Origin: Octopus vulgaris
Taxonomy: Eukaryota
Length of the DNA: 64,000 nucleotides
Direction of reading: 5' to 3'
NCBI GenBank assembly: GCA_951406725.2
Contig: OX597832.1
Location: forward strand, 33,666,001 to 33,730,000
The notes under the pieces were generated by a model that worked only from the letters and a program-made list of their open reading frames with translations, made no database searches and was not told the origin of the DNA. Below, in pieces: positions 27,853 to 41,726 of this stretch; positions within the stretch are counted from its first letter, which is position 1, and each line of letters begins with the position of its first letter. The position numbers and the translations under genes are program-made.

Positions 27853-28090
27853 TTCTACTATAGGCACAAGGCCTGAAATTTGGGGTAACAGGGATAGTCG
27901 ATTGCAACGAACCCAGTACTCAGCTGGTAATTATTTTATCGACCGTTCTAAGGTCAAATGCAGCCGAGGTACAATTTGCCCTTCATCCCTTCGGGATCGA
28001 TGAAATACTACCAGTTGAACACTGGGGTTTGATGAAATCGATTAAAACCTTCCTTCAAAATTGCTGGCCTTGTACCAAATTTTAAATCAA
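27853..28090. mobile_element. Two abutting SINE 3' halves in opposite orientation
   Basis: 27853-27944 is a minus-strand tail; 27945-28090 is a plus-strand body and tail. Confidence 0.7.
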
Positions 28091-29063
28091 TATATTCTGG
28101 TAGATTCGAACGTAGATATCTGATCTACACTGTTTCTCGTCATCCGAGAATCCCTGATCTACTTAGACGTTCTCAACAGCAAGCAACTTTACACTTTTGA
28201 ATCAATCAAGACGCATTAGGTATGAAGCCATTCATTCCTGTTGGGATTTACGCTCTTCTTCTTCTACATCATCAGTTATATTTTCATTCTTAGCAGCGCT
28301 TCCGGCTAAGTTCACACATAGACTTATGTTTTGTTCGTATCAGTTTGTTCTCGTCAGCTGAACACAGTTTGCTCAATTTGTTTACTTTGCCCTACACAGG
28401 GTTTCATAGAGTCGATTATAAAGAAACGGACATAGATTCCAAAGGTGTGATAATGATCATTGTTGGTGAAGTTTGTTTCTTTTTTAATGCTAACATTCCG
28501 AATCTTTATGCATATACCTATGTAACATACTTAAATATTATAGTATAAGCCGCAGATATGGCAACTGAAGTAACATTGGCAGCGACAAATCCAACAGAAA
28601 CAAACACAAACTGAAAAGACAATACGTCAAGTGTAGTAGTAGTAGCAGCAGCAGTAGCAGTGGTAGCGGGGACAGCAATTGTATTGTTACACTAATACTG
28701 CTTAGACTTGGTAGTATTTCAGCAAAATATTGAGAATAGATTTGTTTATTGACGCCTTTAGCATCAGAAGTTTTGTGAAAACTCGGCACCTGACACATTT
28801 CATTATAAAATGTTTTGCACTATTTTATCTTGTTGCCGGATATTCTTGTTACAGAGACTTACATAGATGCATATGCGCTCACATAAGTGCCCTCACATAC
28901 ACACACACCTCAATTGAAGCACACACACACACACGCGCGCATATGGTTTGATAGATAAATAGAAAGATACATACATACATACACATATACATAAATGTAT
29001 TTTAAATATATATATAAATATGTATGTATATGTTTATATAATACACATATATATGCATTCATA

Positions 29064-29102
<39 letters not shown>

Positions 29103-30018
29103 AGATACATACATACATACATACATACATACATTCTCACAGATGAATATTTACTCTGAAGTGACTCCCTAACATCTGTTTAAAATGACAAATCATGTGA
29201 TCTGCACCTTTTCAACAGATTTGTTTTAAAATATCCTTTCTTTTTTCAACCTCCAGCTCACCTCCAATATCTTCCCTCATCCATTTTCTTTCTCCATGTC
29301 CTCTCTTATATTCTTCTCTTCAATTCGTGATTTTTTTTCGTTTACTTATCACTCTCCAACTTTTTAAAACAACCCATTTTCCATCTTTTTTTTAACCTTT
29401 TTTCCGTCATCTCAAATCTAATTCGTTCCAAGTCATGTTTGACTGCTTCTACAAATTCGGCTTCATTTTGAGGCAGACGCTTTTCTGTCCGTCCATGATG
29501 ATGCGTGGTGCCTTCTTTATATTTATACCTAGTCCCTCTGTCTATTTAACTCTGATATATATATATATATCAACAGACAGGCAGATACAGATACACAGAC
29601 AGACACACACGCAGACAGACAGACAGGAAGAGATATACATGAATGTTTTTTTTCCTTCCCACTTCTCTCAGTGTCTGTCCTCCTATCTACGCACTTTCCT
29701 TTCGTGAATCTCTCTCTGTAACGCCATAATTCTCTAACATATATCTACATGAACAAACATACATATATAATAAACACACACACATACAAACATACATGTG
29801 TGTATATTTGTTTATTGATCGACATCGCTTATTCTCAATGTAAGCGTGTTTTCTATTTTCTGTCATTCTCTCTCTCCCTCTCCCGCTCTCTCTTTCTCTA
29901 CCCATATATACATGTGTGCGTATGTGCGCGCACGCGAGTGTACGTGTGTAAAGAAGTATGTATACAGGCACGCACACATGCATGTGTGTATATGTGTGAG
30001 TTTGTGTGTACATATGTA

Positions 30019-30067
<49 letters not shown>

Positions 30068-30091
30068 GTATGTATATGTATATGTATGTAT

Positions 30092-30129
<38 letters not shown>

Positions 30130-30180
30130 ATGTATATATATGTATATATATATACACATGCATATACATATACATACATA

Positions 30181-30221
<41 letters not shown>

Positions 30222-30678
30222 TATTCCGGGTGAGGGCTCTTTTCTGTTCAACCAAAGTGTGTTTGCGAGAGAGAGAGAAGGAAAGAAAGAAAGCGAGATA
30301 AATATAAAGAAAGAGAAAGAGATAAACAGATCCGCCATATTGTAATATTCCCAACTATATTTCTCCAGTGTCCCTTCAATTTCGCTCCCTGTTTTTGCTC
30401 CCAGTAACGCAGTCACTTTTCTTTAACGTCCAACATTCAACATTGGGGAACAAACTTTTCTCCCTCTTTTTGTTTTTGTACAGCTTTTTATTAATTTTTT
30501 TCTTATCATTGTGCTTTATTCCTTCTACCCCCACCCCAACCCGTCCCTTCTTTTACCAGAATTATTCAAATCGCTGACAAACTTCACATGAATCTTTCTT
30601 GACTTCTTTATTTATCTGACTGCTCTCCATAATCTCTCTATGGTATTCTTACTACTGCTGCTGCTGCAGTTGTTGCGG

Positions 30679-30711
<33 letters not shown>

Positions 30712-30949
30712 ACAATAATAATACCAATATTAACATCTTAATATCATCATCATCATTAATCCAAAATCAAGAAGCAAGAGCTATAGCACGGAAAGCATCC
30801 GATAATTGAACGTTTAGGTCCTTACAGACAATGTAGGGTTTGCAACAAACCAGTGTAAGAAAAGCACCTTTTGTTTCGTAGCGAATAATAGGCAAACAAT
30901 TTTGCAGGACTAAGGGCTGTGAATAAATGCATATATATGTACACACACG

Positions 30950-30986
<37 letters not shown>

Positions 30987-31090
30987 TTATACTTTATATA
31001 TAGTTGAAAGTTACAGAAAAACAAAAGACGAAGACAGGTGTATGAACAACAAACAGGTGTATTAGTTTGATGCTCGGAAAGGTGAGAAAG

Positions 31091-31128
31091 TCTTTACCGT
31101 TTGGAGCGTACGCTCTTCAACAGAAGGA
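31091..31128 (-). ncRNA. Mutated paralog of the 13007 hammerhead-like motif
   Basis: CUGUUGA-A-GAGC(GUAC)GCUC-CAAAC-GGU-AAAGA; G12 and the cleavage triplet are altered. Confidence 0.45.
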
Positions 31129-33526
31129 ATCATGAGGAAATAAACATATGTGTGTGTGTGTGCGCGCTTATGTGTGTACACACACATATACATACATGTA
31201 TGCATATACATATATATACATATCTATATACATACATATATATACATATATATATATATATCTATGTGTGTGTGAGTGTGTTTGTATATATGTGCATATA
31301 TATATATATATATATATGCATGTTTGTGTTTTTCTGTATATGAATACACGTGTGTGTATGTGTGTGCGTGAGTGTGTATGTGTGTGTGTGTGCTCTAACG
31401 AGGTATATGATGACCGATATATATCCACCGCTTTTACCTGGTGAATTTAAAAACCAGATCCATTCCAGCTTTTCATCAGCCACCAATTTTGAATGATTGC
31501 TCTGATTAAAGAAACAACCGTTGCTTGATGTCTCAAGATTTCAGTCGACTGGGAGTGAGTTTCCGCTTACTAATCACTTAGATATTCTTAATTGCTCAAC
31601 TATTTGTAATGATTATTTTGCCTGCGTAAAACTCTGAATTGTTTTAGGCTAAAATATAAGAACCTTCTTTGGAATATTTTATTTGAGACATAATGTTGGT
31701 TTATATTCGATTGCTCCATCATTGTAAACGGGCTGATCAATGACTGAGAATTTTGGATTGAAAAGAAGAATCAGAAAATTCCAATCGGGGCTGACTGATA
31801 TTCAATAACATTCAAGCTTTTCCAATATTTGCGGTGCTTTGGAGAAGAACAGGTATCAACCAAAAAGAGAGAAAAAAAAAGAAGTGTAATAAGAATTTTA
31901 AAATGTTCACCTCACAAATTTTTATGCCACTCGCTTAACTGTGTTCGCCGTATAAATCCATAAGAGTATAGAAATAATATTTCTCTTAAGAAAATTGGGT
32001 ACCAAGTAACCAAGTTTTTATTTGGAACAATCTAACGATTTATTGTCTTTTATGCTATATTCAATTACCTCCTTTATGACCGGAAATATAGACTATCGAA
32101 CACAAGAAACAAATTGCATTCATTTAAGTTCTAAATTTATGGCGTTGCGTAGGAAACGTGTTGACAGAGGTGAATAAAATCGTGTTGTAAGGCCACTTTA
32201 TGTCTTCGTATGGATAGCATTTAGAGTAAGCCATTCAATGTTTCGGACTGTGATTTTCTCAGACCTAAAATTTCGCTAAAGTCGCTTTGGATATTCGTTG
32301 CTATTTTACTTTATATATATTTATCGCTTTTCACAATCTTAAGCCATTGGCCAATTTGAAGAATTTTATCTTAAAGCTGCATTGATACATAGTAATCAAA
32401 ATATCACCATTACGACCAGATAATTTTCTATACTTCATCGAGAGAGACACCTTTCAATTTTCATATCGTAAAATGGAGAGACACAATAAAAGTAAGAAAC
32501 CATTAATTGAAGTCCAAGCTATTCAACCAGTGATTTCCTCCCCTCGTTCTGCCTCTTTCTCTCTCCCGCTCTCTTTCTGTCTCTATCTCTCTAATACTCA
32601 CTCCATATATATCTATACCACCTTTCTCCTCTCTATCCGCTTCTCTCCAATATTCCCTCCCTCCATTTCTACCTGTGTGTCCTTCCTCTTCCTCTCTCTA
32701 TCTTTTTGCATTTCCTTCTCTCTGTCCAGCTTAAAAAGACAGATTCACTGGTAACATACGCTAAATATTACATTTGATTTCGTTCACTCAGCCATGACAG
32801 AGAAGAGAGGTTAAATCTCTGATAGGGGACGGCTTGTAACTTTAAGTAATAATCAGACGAAACAACATCTCCAGAAGAAACGTGATTACAGACTGAAGAC
32901 AGGCGGCCATGTTTTAAAAGTTCCTTTTATTTCGAGTCCATATTTTATAACTTATATGTTGTTGTTGTTGTTGTTGTTGAGATTTGATTTATTTATTTAT
33001 TTCCTATTTCAGTTGAGAATCTATTTCAGTGGATAAACAGAAACTAATGAAAAGCGAATGATTCCTCCGTAAACTTCAGTGCTCACCTCGCCCTTCCACT
33101 TCCTATCACACCGACACACAGACACACAGACACACTCACATTCTCCCCCTCTCTCTCTCTCTGTCTCTCTCATTTTGTATCTATTTATCTATCAGTTCGG
33201 TGTAGATCTGAAGGTCATGAGACCAGAGGAAGTTGCAAAATGACTGAGTTCAGCAGGAGTTATTCTTCCTTGGCTTTTTTCTTCTTGAAATACAGCGAAA
33301 CGTTTGAACTGAGATTATAGATTGGAATTATAAGATTATTTAAATTTAATTTTGAATATGAATTGTTCCTTCATCTGTTAAATGACGCTCAATAGGTTCC
33401 CGCCCTCTCCTTCACCTCCTCCTCCTCCTCCTCCTCTCCCTCTCTCTCTCTCTCTCTCTCTTATACTCTAACTCCGAAATCGACGAAAGCCTTGTGAGAG
33501 GATGATATCAAAGACTGAAACTAAAC

Positions 33527-33593
<67 letters not shown>

Positions 33594-34846
33594 TAAAGAG
33601 AGACAGAATAGGAAGCGAAAGACATAGAAAACGAACTTTGGCAAAGAATGACAGCCATAGCGGAAATCAGAGAATAGTTGCTGTGTATGTTTATGAAAAA
33701 TATTTCGTTCGTTGCCTTTTATTAGAGACACTGAGCTATTTACAAGATGTATATATACTTATGTACATATACGCTGACCAAATAAAATATATTCAAATGA
33801 ATGCAAATTCAATTCAGATTTAAAATTAAGGAAAAAAACTAATATTATAATCAAAGCAAATCAGACGCAACATGAAAAGTAAAATTAGTAAAAACGACAA
33901 TGTCGGTCAGTAATTTGACCTGTAAAAGATGTTGTATTCTGGTGAATGATTTCAGTAAAACTGTCAAGTCATTTTCTCTTCTCTTTACCAATATGACGTG
34001 ACTATTGTTGCGGAATAATAATTGGAATTGTGGAAATATATTAATTTGGTGTTTGTTATGCTTGTTAGGTTCTCTTAACATTTTGTGGTAGTTTAGAGAT
34101 TTATTTTCGCAAAGCAAATCGTTGAATCATTCATATTTGAAGTTTAATACGAAGTAAATATATTCTGGTTTGAATCTTTATGTTTGTTCCTTCTTCTGTT
34201 ACAGAGTTCGTTCGAATTTATTCGAGAAGAAATGTCGTCGAGTTCCAGTCAGATATATTCCATGAACATTCGATTTCAGATGGCGACAGGGAACTATGTT
34301 TTTGATAAAATTGAATGAAACCTTTATCTTATTCGCTATCAAAAATCGTTTGGACAATGCACCTCGATATGGGAAATACTGAAATTATTGCTAAACGTTA
34401 AGAGACTTCTAATTGTAAACAATATGTATCTGAGCATTATACATTGAGGATAGACGAGTATTTTAGACGGATGACTAAACGTCTATAGTGAGTGCTAGTG
34501 AAAGACTTATCAATTAGTTTCCGGACTTGAACAACGATAATGGCAAACGATTAAAAAGTAACGCAGATTCACCGTCCGAAACGGGCGCACAGAATCATAT
34601 GGTGGTTGTATCACAAGTATCATAGCAATGCTTTGAGTTTTCGGTAAATCTATTCAACCATATTGGACAGAACCAAAAGGATGCTCAACATATGCGGCTG
34701 TCGGTAGCCGCCCTTTTTCCTGGTATCTTGTATCGTTTAGTTCTGTAATTGTTTCAATACAAAGGATTTAATTACAAATAAGTCTTGCCAGATTTTGAAC
34801 GCAGTGTAGCGGAAGAAACTAATATATATATATATATATATATATA

Positions 34847-34891
<45 letters not shown>

Positions 34892-35143
34892 TGTGTGTGT
34901 TGTGCTTCTCTGTTTCTTTTGTTTCTTTTCGTTGTTTAAAAAAAGTTCGTTTTCTATGTTTTTTTGTTTTTTTATGTCTTTGTTTCTTATTCTGTCTGCT
35001 GTTTTTGTCCTGTACCCATATATGCATGTATATATACATATATATGTAGGTATGTATATATATATGTATATATATATGCATATATATATATATATTAATT
35101 ATATTACATACGTATGTATGTATACACACACACACACACACAT

Positions 35144-35180
<37 letters not shown>

Positions 35181-35659
35181 CACGCACCTGGTTGTCACAC
35201 ACACATATATATATATGCTAACTGCTAGAGATATCAGCCAGGCGCTCTTATGAGTGTTTCATAACTAGATATATAGTTTTAATGACGGGGATTATTAATA
35301 TAAAACACCCACTCAAGACCTTCATTCTTTAGAGCCACCTAACAAAAGGAGGAAAGGGATTTAAATTCGAATGTAAGATTGTGGCCTTTAAAGGAATCTA
35401 GTAACTGGTTTGAAGTATGAAACAATAAGAGATCTTTGTTATATATTTGGTGGGAGTAGAGGTGGGACTTTGACATTCGTCGGGACCTCCGAGACTCATT
35501 TGGCGTTTTTAAAGAGAAAGCCAGGTCTAAATGTTTTCTGTGTATAGAATTCAATTTCAGGTCGCAGATGCTTGGATTGGAGTATTAAACCGGGTGATGG
35601 GTTAATTGTAGAAGCAATGAACTCATGACGGTTTCTCGGACAAAACCTCATAAATTAAA

Positions 35660-36475
35660 AACACGCACACGAATACAATTCAGCCCCCTACACACACAAA
35701 CACACACGCACGAACACAATATCCCCACTCTCGAGCATAAACACACAGACACACACACACACACACATTCGAAGAAAACACATACACATGCAATAGGATT
35801 CTAGCAGTCACAACAAACACTCACAGACGCACACACATACCCACATACATAGATACGAACTTGCACACACTTAAATACAACACCCTGACAATTACAATAC
35901 ACACTCACACAAACACACTCACACAAACACACTCACTCACACTGTGTAAACAATACAAATAAAGCACTCACAAATATACACCCAAACATATGCACACACC
36001 ATACAGAAAAATAACACACACATACACACACATGCATGCACACGCACACACACACACACACACACATACTCTTCACCACAACAAATATAGAACACAAACA
36101 TGTATACGAACCTGAAAACTATATAAACCATACACACAGGTACACAAACTTAAGCGCATACTCAGTGCAAACACGCACAGTACATACACGCACACACATG
36201 CACACACATACCTACCACCCTGATAAAAGTAAGACACACCGACACACACAGAGCTCCTGACAGATACAACACACTCGCACACACATACATACTCACACAC
36301 ACACATACATATGCACCCCCACCCACATACGTATGCACACACACAACCACCCAGAGAATTATAACACTCTGCAAACATACACAGAGACACGCACACACAT
36401 ATATATACTGACGTGCGCGTATAAACCACCCTTACCAACATAACACTCACAAACATATACACACATACACACATA
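35660..36475. repeat. Decayed CA-rich low-complexity tract
   Basis: Direct reading. Confidence 0.85.
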
Positions 36476-39400
36476 CGCACTTTTTCTAAACGACCGTCAC
36501 CTGTCAGCAGGCAGCCCCAGTAAGTTGTCATGTGACACTGTCTCACCTTAACTGACTAGTAAAGGCGCGTAGTTTCAGTCCGCGCTTTTTCTAAACGACC
36601 GTCACCTGTCAGTCAGCTTGTCTCACCTAATGATGTTATTTCCCGTCGGCGTGTTTATGATTTTCAAGCCATTTTCGGTCTTTCCGCTTCAGCCATATAT
36701 AGAAGCTGGCTTTTTCTACCGCCTCCCGTACTCTCCTTATTAGTTTACGCAGCTCGGGGCTAGAAAAAACAAATCTTCTTTTGAAAAGCGTTGTCATTTT
36801 CTTTTCAATGAAGCCTCTAGCCCCCACTGCCAGGTGATAATATTCGACATTCCATCCTTGTTCTCTCCATTCTTCGATTAGCTTTTCATACCTCTTCTCC
36901 TTTCTGCATTGCCGATGTTCTCTCCCCAAGGTACTGTCAGTTCTAGTAAAATTCCCATTCTCCGGTCTCTGTTCCATAGAACTAAATCCGGTCTTTCTGT
37001 TGTTTTTATTAGTGGGAAAATTACTTGTCTTTCCAAGTCCGTGGCCATCCCCCAGTATCCCTTCCATCTTCCGTCCATCTCGTATACTTTACTTGTAGGC
37101 CTGGTTTTATAACCTTTTCCCTCCTTGTGGAAGTATACTTTCCTGCGCTTTTCTACTTTTGGGTACTCTCCCCTATTGTACCTCTCGATCTTCTTGAGTA
37201 CTGCACTTATGACGCCGAGGACTTGATTATGCCGCCATGTATATCTTTCATGTGCTAGTCTGCAACTTGACAGAACATGTCTAACCCTCACTTTCTCTCC
37301 GCATCTACACTCATCGGTTGTTTTTATGTTCCACCGGACTCAGTTCGCCGGTGAGGGTAGAATGTCGAAGGTAGACTTGATCAGGAAGGATGTTCTTGCT
37401 TGTTCCCAAGCCCAAAGTTCCCTCCATGATATTCTGCGGTTGATCACATATTCCTCCAATGTCAGGCACTGTCCCTGTTGACTGCATTGCACCAAATGTA
37501 CATTTCGCCTTCCTTCTTCCTCCTTTCTCACTTCGTATACCACTGCCTCTTTCATCTCTTTTACACTGCTCTTGCAAAATGGCCTGAAATTTTGCGACCC
37601 AGGCCGGTTCTAGCTTCTTGCGTCGCTCCGACTATATCTGCGTGCTTTAGTTTTCCGATCGCCCTGTTTACTGCCTCTTCTGCCTTCCATTTCCTCCCTG
37701 TTCGTAACTTTGGCGGGTTTTCCCGCATGCAATGATCTTTTGAATACCTTAGCATCATTACTGTCCTTGCCTTTCCTGCCTTATATTCTTCGGCGATTGA
37801 TGTTATTGGTAGTTGCAGCACGGGTTTTCCATATAGTGCAGTATTCAGTGGTTTCGGCAGACCAAGCCATTTTCTGATAAACACACTGCATCTTTGCGCC
37901 ATCCTTTCTACTCTACTCGAGGCTATTTCGTACATTTGCAATGGCCACATTATTCTTGGGTACAGCCCAAATTGCAGTATCCAACATTTGAATTTTCCCG
38001 GCAGCGTTGTTCTGTCAATTGCCTTTAATCCTTGTTCTACTAACTCGTGTGTTTCTTTCCCTTGCTCATTTAATAAATCTCTATACCATCTGCCAAGACT
38101 CTTTACTGGTTGTTCTTTCACCGTTGGTATGTCTTCACTTCCTATCCTGAATTTCACTTCTTGCCTTCCTTTCACGAAAGCCACGCTTCGAGATTTTTTG
38201 GCTTTGAATTTCATCCTTTCCCATCCTATCAGTTCGTCCAACCGCACTAACGTTCCCTCTGCTGCTTCTCTACTTTCCGATAATCTAGTTTATGTCGTCC
38301 ATAAAAGCCCTTAATGGTGTCTTTGTAACAGCTTTCTCAAAGTTTGTAGATCCCGGTAGCATTTCCATGACTAGCACGAATAAGATGACTGATATCGTGC
38401 ATCCGGCTGCAATACCTATTTCAAGCCGTTGCCACTCCGTTGTGAACTTTCATGCTGTAAATCACATCCCCAGGTTGCCGTAGTACGACATGAGCATTCG
38501 TTGAACATCTTTTGGAATCCAAAAGAAGTCCATCGCTGTTTTTATTATTACGTGCGGAACAGATCCATAAGCTTTGGCAAGATCTAGCCAAAAAATATAC
38601 AGGTTTTTCCTCATTTATTGTGCACAGGTGATGGCTTCCCAGATGGAAAATGCGTGTTCTATGCACCCAGGGATTCCGGAGATTCCTGCTTTTTGAATCG
38701 CTTCATTAACATATCCGTTATGCTGTACGAATCTTATGATTTGTCTAGCAATTATTCCGAACATGATTTCCTCGTCTGTATTTAGTAGTGGAATTGGTCT
38801 AAATTGGCCTAGTGTTTTTGCCTCTTTTTCTTTAGGTAGATAGATACCTTCGGCTATACACCATCGCTCCGCTACATCTTTCTTCTTCCACATTTCTCTT
38901 ATCAGTGCAAACAGCTGCAAACGTAATTTCGGGCAATATTTATATACCCTGTAGCTCACTCCATCGTTCCCTGGTGCACTTTTCGCTCTTGCTTTCCTTA
39001 TGAACTCATCCATTTCTTTCCGTTTGATGTCACTCAAATCAAATGGTACTCTTGGTTCAGGTGGTTTCTTCAGTCCGTGCATTTCTGGGAGTACTTCATT
39101 TCTATCCGAGTCGCTGTATGTCTCTTTCAGATGTTGTTCGAGCTCTTCTTTCGTGCAATCCAATTTTCCGCTTTTACTTTCAGTAAATAGATGTTTCGCA
39201 TATTGATAGGGATTGTTCACAAAGCTACGATAGTTTTTTTCTCTCTCCTTTCTTCTGCTCCTCCTTCTTTGTTTTCTTAGCAGATCTCGATGCCTCATTT
39301 TTATCTCTTCAGATAGTTGCTTTAGCCCTTCTCTTTCCTCCTCTTTTGCATCCATCCATCTGGTTCTGAGTTTTTTCTTCTCTTCTCGAATCTTTGCGAT

Positions 39401-39585
39401 CTGTTTTTCTCTCCTCGATGGCACGTTCTTTGCCGTTGATTCTACCTTCCCTGTTGTTTTCAGTCCAAATCTTTTCTCTCCTTCCTGGTAGATTGTATTA
39501 GCCAGGTCTTCAAGCTTTTGTTCATCGTCGCCTTTGAATTTGGTGGTCATTCTTGCTACCTCGTCGTCAAATTTTTTATAACTCG
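36476..39585 (-). mobile_element. R2-superfamily (HERO/NeSL-like) non-LTR retrotransposon, 5'-truncated and frameshifted
   Basis: Successive ORFs: KSAPGNDG, QFRPIPLLN, QKAGISGIPGCIEH, LDLAKAYGSV, GIAAGCTIS, RAFMDD, CCHC knuckle (CRCGE..HVLSSC), RYTWRHNQVL, RPDLVLW..LLELTVPW..K..Y, GARGF; stop at 36636 followed by a short 3' UTR. Confidence 0.92.
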
Positions 39586-39597
39586 TAAAATTTTTAT

Positions 39598-39990
39598 AAC
39601 TCATAAATAATTAGGAATTTATTTTACTACCTTTTTTGAACACTTTTATGTAAACTGTTTAAACCAAAAGCCTCTCTTAACATTTTCTTATCTTTGTCAA
39701 AAATTCTGTTTCTTATTCTTATCAAAGACACTATCACTGTATTTTAATACATCTACGTTAACAATTTTTAACAACACAACGGCTACACAAAGCCTTACAT
39801 TTTACTTTTGAAATGATTCACATTGATGTATTAAAATACAGTGATAGAGACTTTGATAAGGATAAGAAAATGTTAAGAAATAGAATCTTTGACAAAGATA
39901 AGAAAATGTTTAGAGGGTGTTTGTGTTTAAACAGTTTACATAAAGTGTTCAAAAAAGGTAGTAAAATAAATTCATAATTATTTATAAGTT
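39598..39990. repeat. Long imperfect inverted repeat (arms about 155-165 bp), MITE/foldback-like
   Basis: 39598-39753 is reverse-complementary to 39825-39990, e.g. gaatttattttactaccttttttgaacac / gtgttcaaaaaaggtagtaaaataaattc. Confidence 0.9.
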
Positions 39991-40204
39991 CATCAAAAAT
40001 CATGATTGTATAGAAGCACATAAATAATTCGTAGACAGCATTTGATAGGAGAAAGCGTGTATTGCTTTGTCAAACTTCATCAGAAACCATATTTAAGTAT
40101 TTATACAGAATTTTAGGGGAATGACCAACCATGTTTATTCATCTCCAGTCTTGTACGTGTGTTTAGCAAGGATGGTTGCTATTTTTAGAAATAGTGTGGA
40201 CGGT

Positions 40205-40257
<53 letters not shown>

Positions 40258-40974
40258 CGACGTACGTACACTTTGGTCTCTTATATGTAAGTATATAGTT
40301 ATCTAAATCTTGTACGGCTCTATTCTTTCTTTCTATCAGCCCCTTCACGCTTATTGGTTCATTCCACTCTTCGTTCTTTCGTTTCCCCTCTCTCATATTT
40401 CCCTGCTTTCTCTTCTTGCTCACTTTCCCTCCTCTTTTCACTTTACTGTGTCCATGTCATTTATTCTCGCCCCTCCTTAATTCTTCTATCCCTTTGCCTC
40501 TATATCTTTCTCTTCTCTCCCCACCTGAGTGGTGTTCGGCCAAGCCTGATCTTTCTTTCTTGGTTCGTCCGTCGTCCGTGGTACATCTATATTCCTCCCT
40601 ATACCTGAGAAATCTCGTATTCCTGCCGTTAGGCTTTATTTCCACACACGCCAGCTTAATTAAATTCGTCGAATGATACCTGTTGTTATGTTCTGTTATT
40701 TGTATTTGTGTAACATTCTCCGTCTTTGTTTTCGTATATATTTCGTATATATTTCTTCCGTCCTTGTTTTCGTATATATTCGTTGCTTTCTTTCAAGGAA
40801 TCCTATGCACTTAGCTTAGTTTTTCCTTGAGGCTGGCCAGATTGGAGCAACTTCGAGTATAGCCAACCTAAACTCCACTGAGGAAAGAAACCTCCGAATG
40901 ACTCGTCCTTATTTTCTTTGTATCCTCTATCTGAATGTTTTGCGTTCTTGTCCCGTTCTGTATTGATCTCTCTC

Positions 40975-41037
<63 letters not shown>

Positions 41038-41152
41038 GTATATATATATATATATAAAGTTAATCCAAACAAGAAAACAAAAAAACAACAACGCAAGGAT
41101 GTGGAACAAATAAAGTATTATTGGACGCTCAGGAAAGAAGGGAAGAAGGAGG

Positions 41153-41187
41153 GTTTGACGTTTCGAGCGGAGCTCTTCGTCGGAAAC
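41153..41187 (-). ncRNA. Minimal hammerhead-like fold, variant core CCGACGA
   Basis: GUUU-CCGACGA-A-GAGC(UCC)GCUC-GAAAC-GUC-AAAC. Confidence 0.6.
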
Positions 41188-41255
41188 ATAGGAGAAAGAA
41201 ACATCCCGAGATGGGAAGGACTGAGGAAAAAAATTATAAAATATATATATATATG

Positions 41256-41313
<58 letters not shown>

Positions 41314-41337
41314 AAGTCTGTATATATATATATATAA

Positions 41338-41612
41338 GGTGGCACTCCGTCAATTACGATGAAGTGTGTTCCACTTGGTTCGATCAACGGAAGAAGTCTG
41401 CGCGTGAAATTAACGTGCAAATGACTGAACACTCCACAGACACACCCACCCTGAACGTAGCTCAGGGTAGGTGTGTCTGTGGAGTGTTCAGTCAGATCCA
41501 ATGAGACACAGAATTGGAACTGTCTGACTGCTTAAACTACAGGTACAACTCACTTTTTCCAATAGATCCTCCTGGAGCAAAGTGAAATAAAGTGTCTTGC
41601 TCAAGAACACAA
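41338..41612 (-). mobile_element. SINE (third family) with an internal palindrome
   Basis: gtggcactccgtc...gatcaacggaaga...cgtgaaattaacgtgcaa matches 54450-54550. Confidence 0.75.
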
Positions 41613-41685
41613 ATGATACCTAATCACATGCGCATACACATGTACGTACATATGTATATGCCTATATATATATATAAATATATCC

Positions 41686-41726
<41 letters not shown>

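Noticed and set aside
40290-40965. Possible solo LTR containing CTGAGGA
   Set aside because: No TG..CA ends with TSD could be identified and no complete hammerhead core; left unclassified
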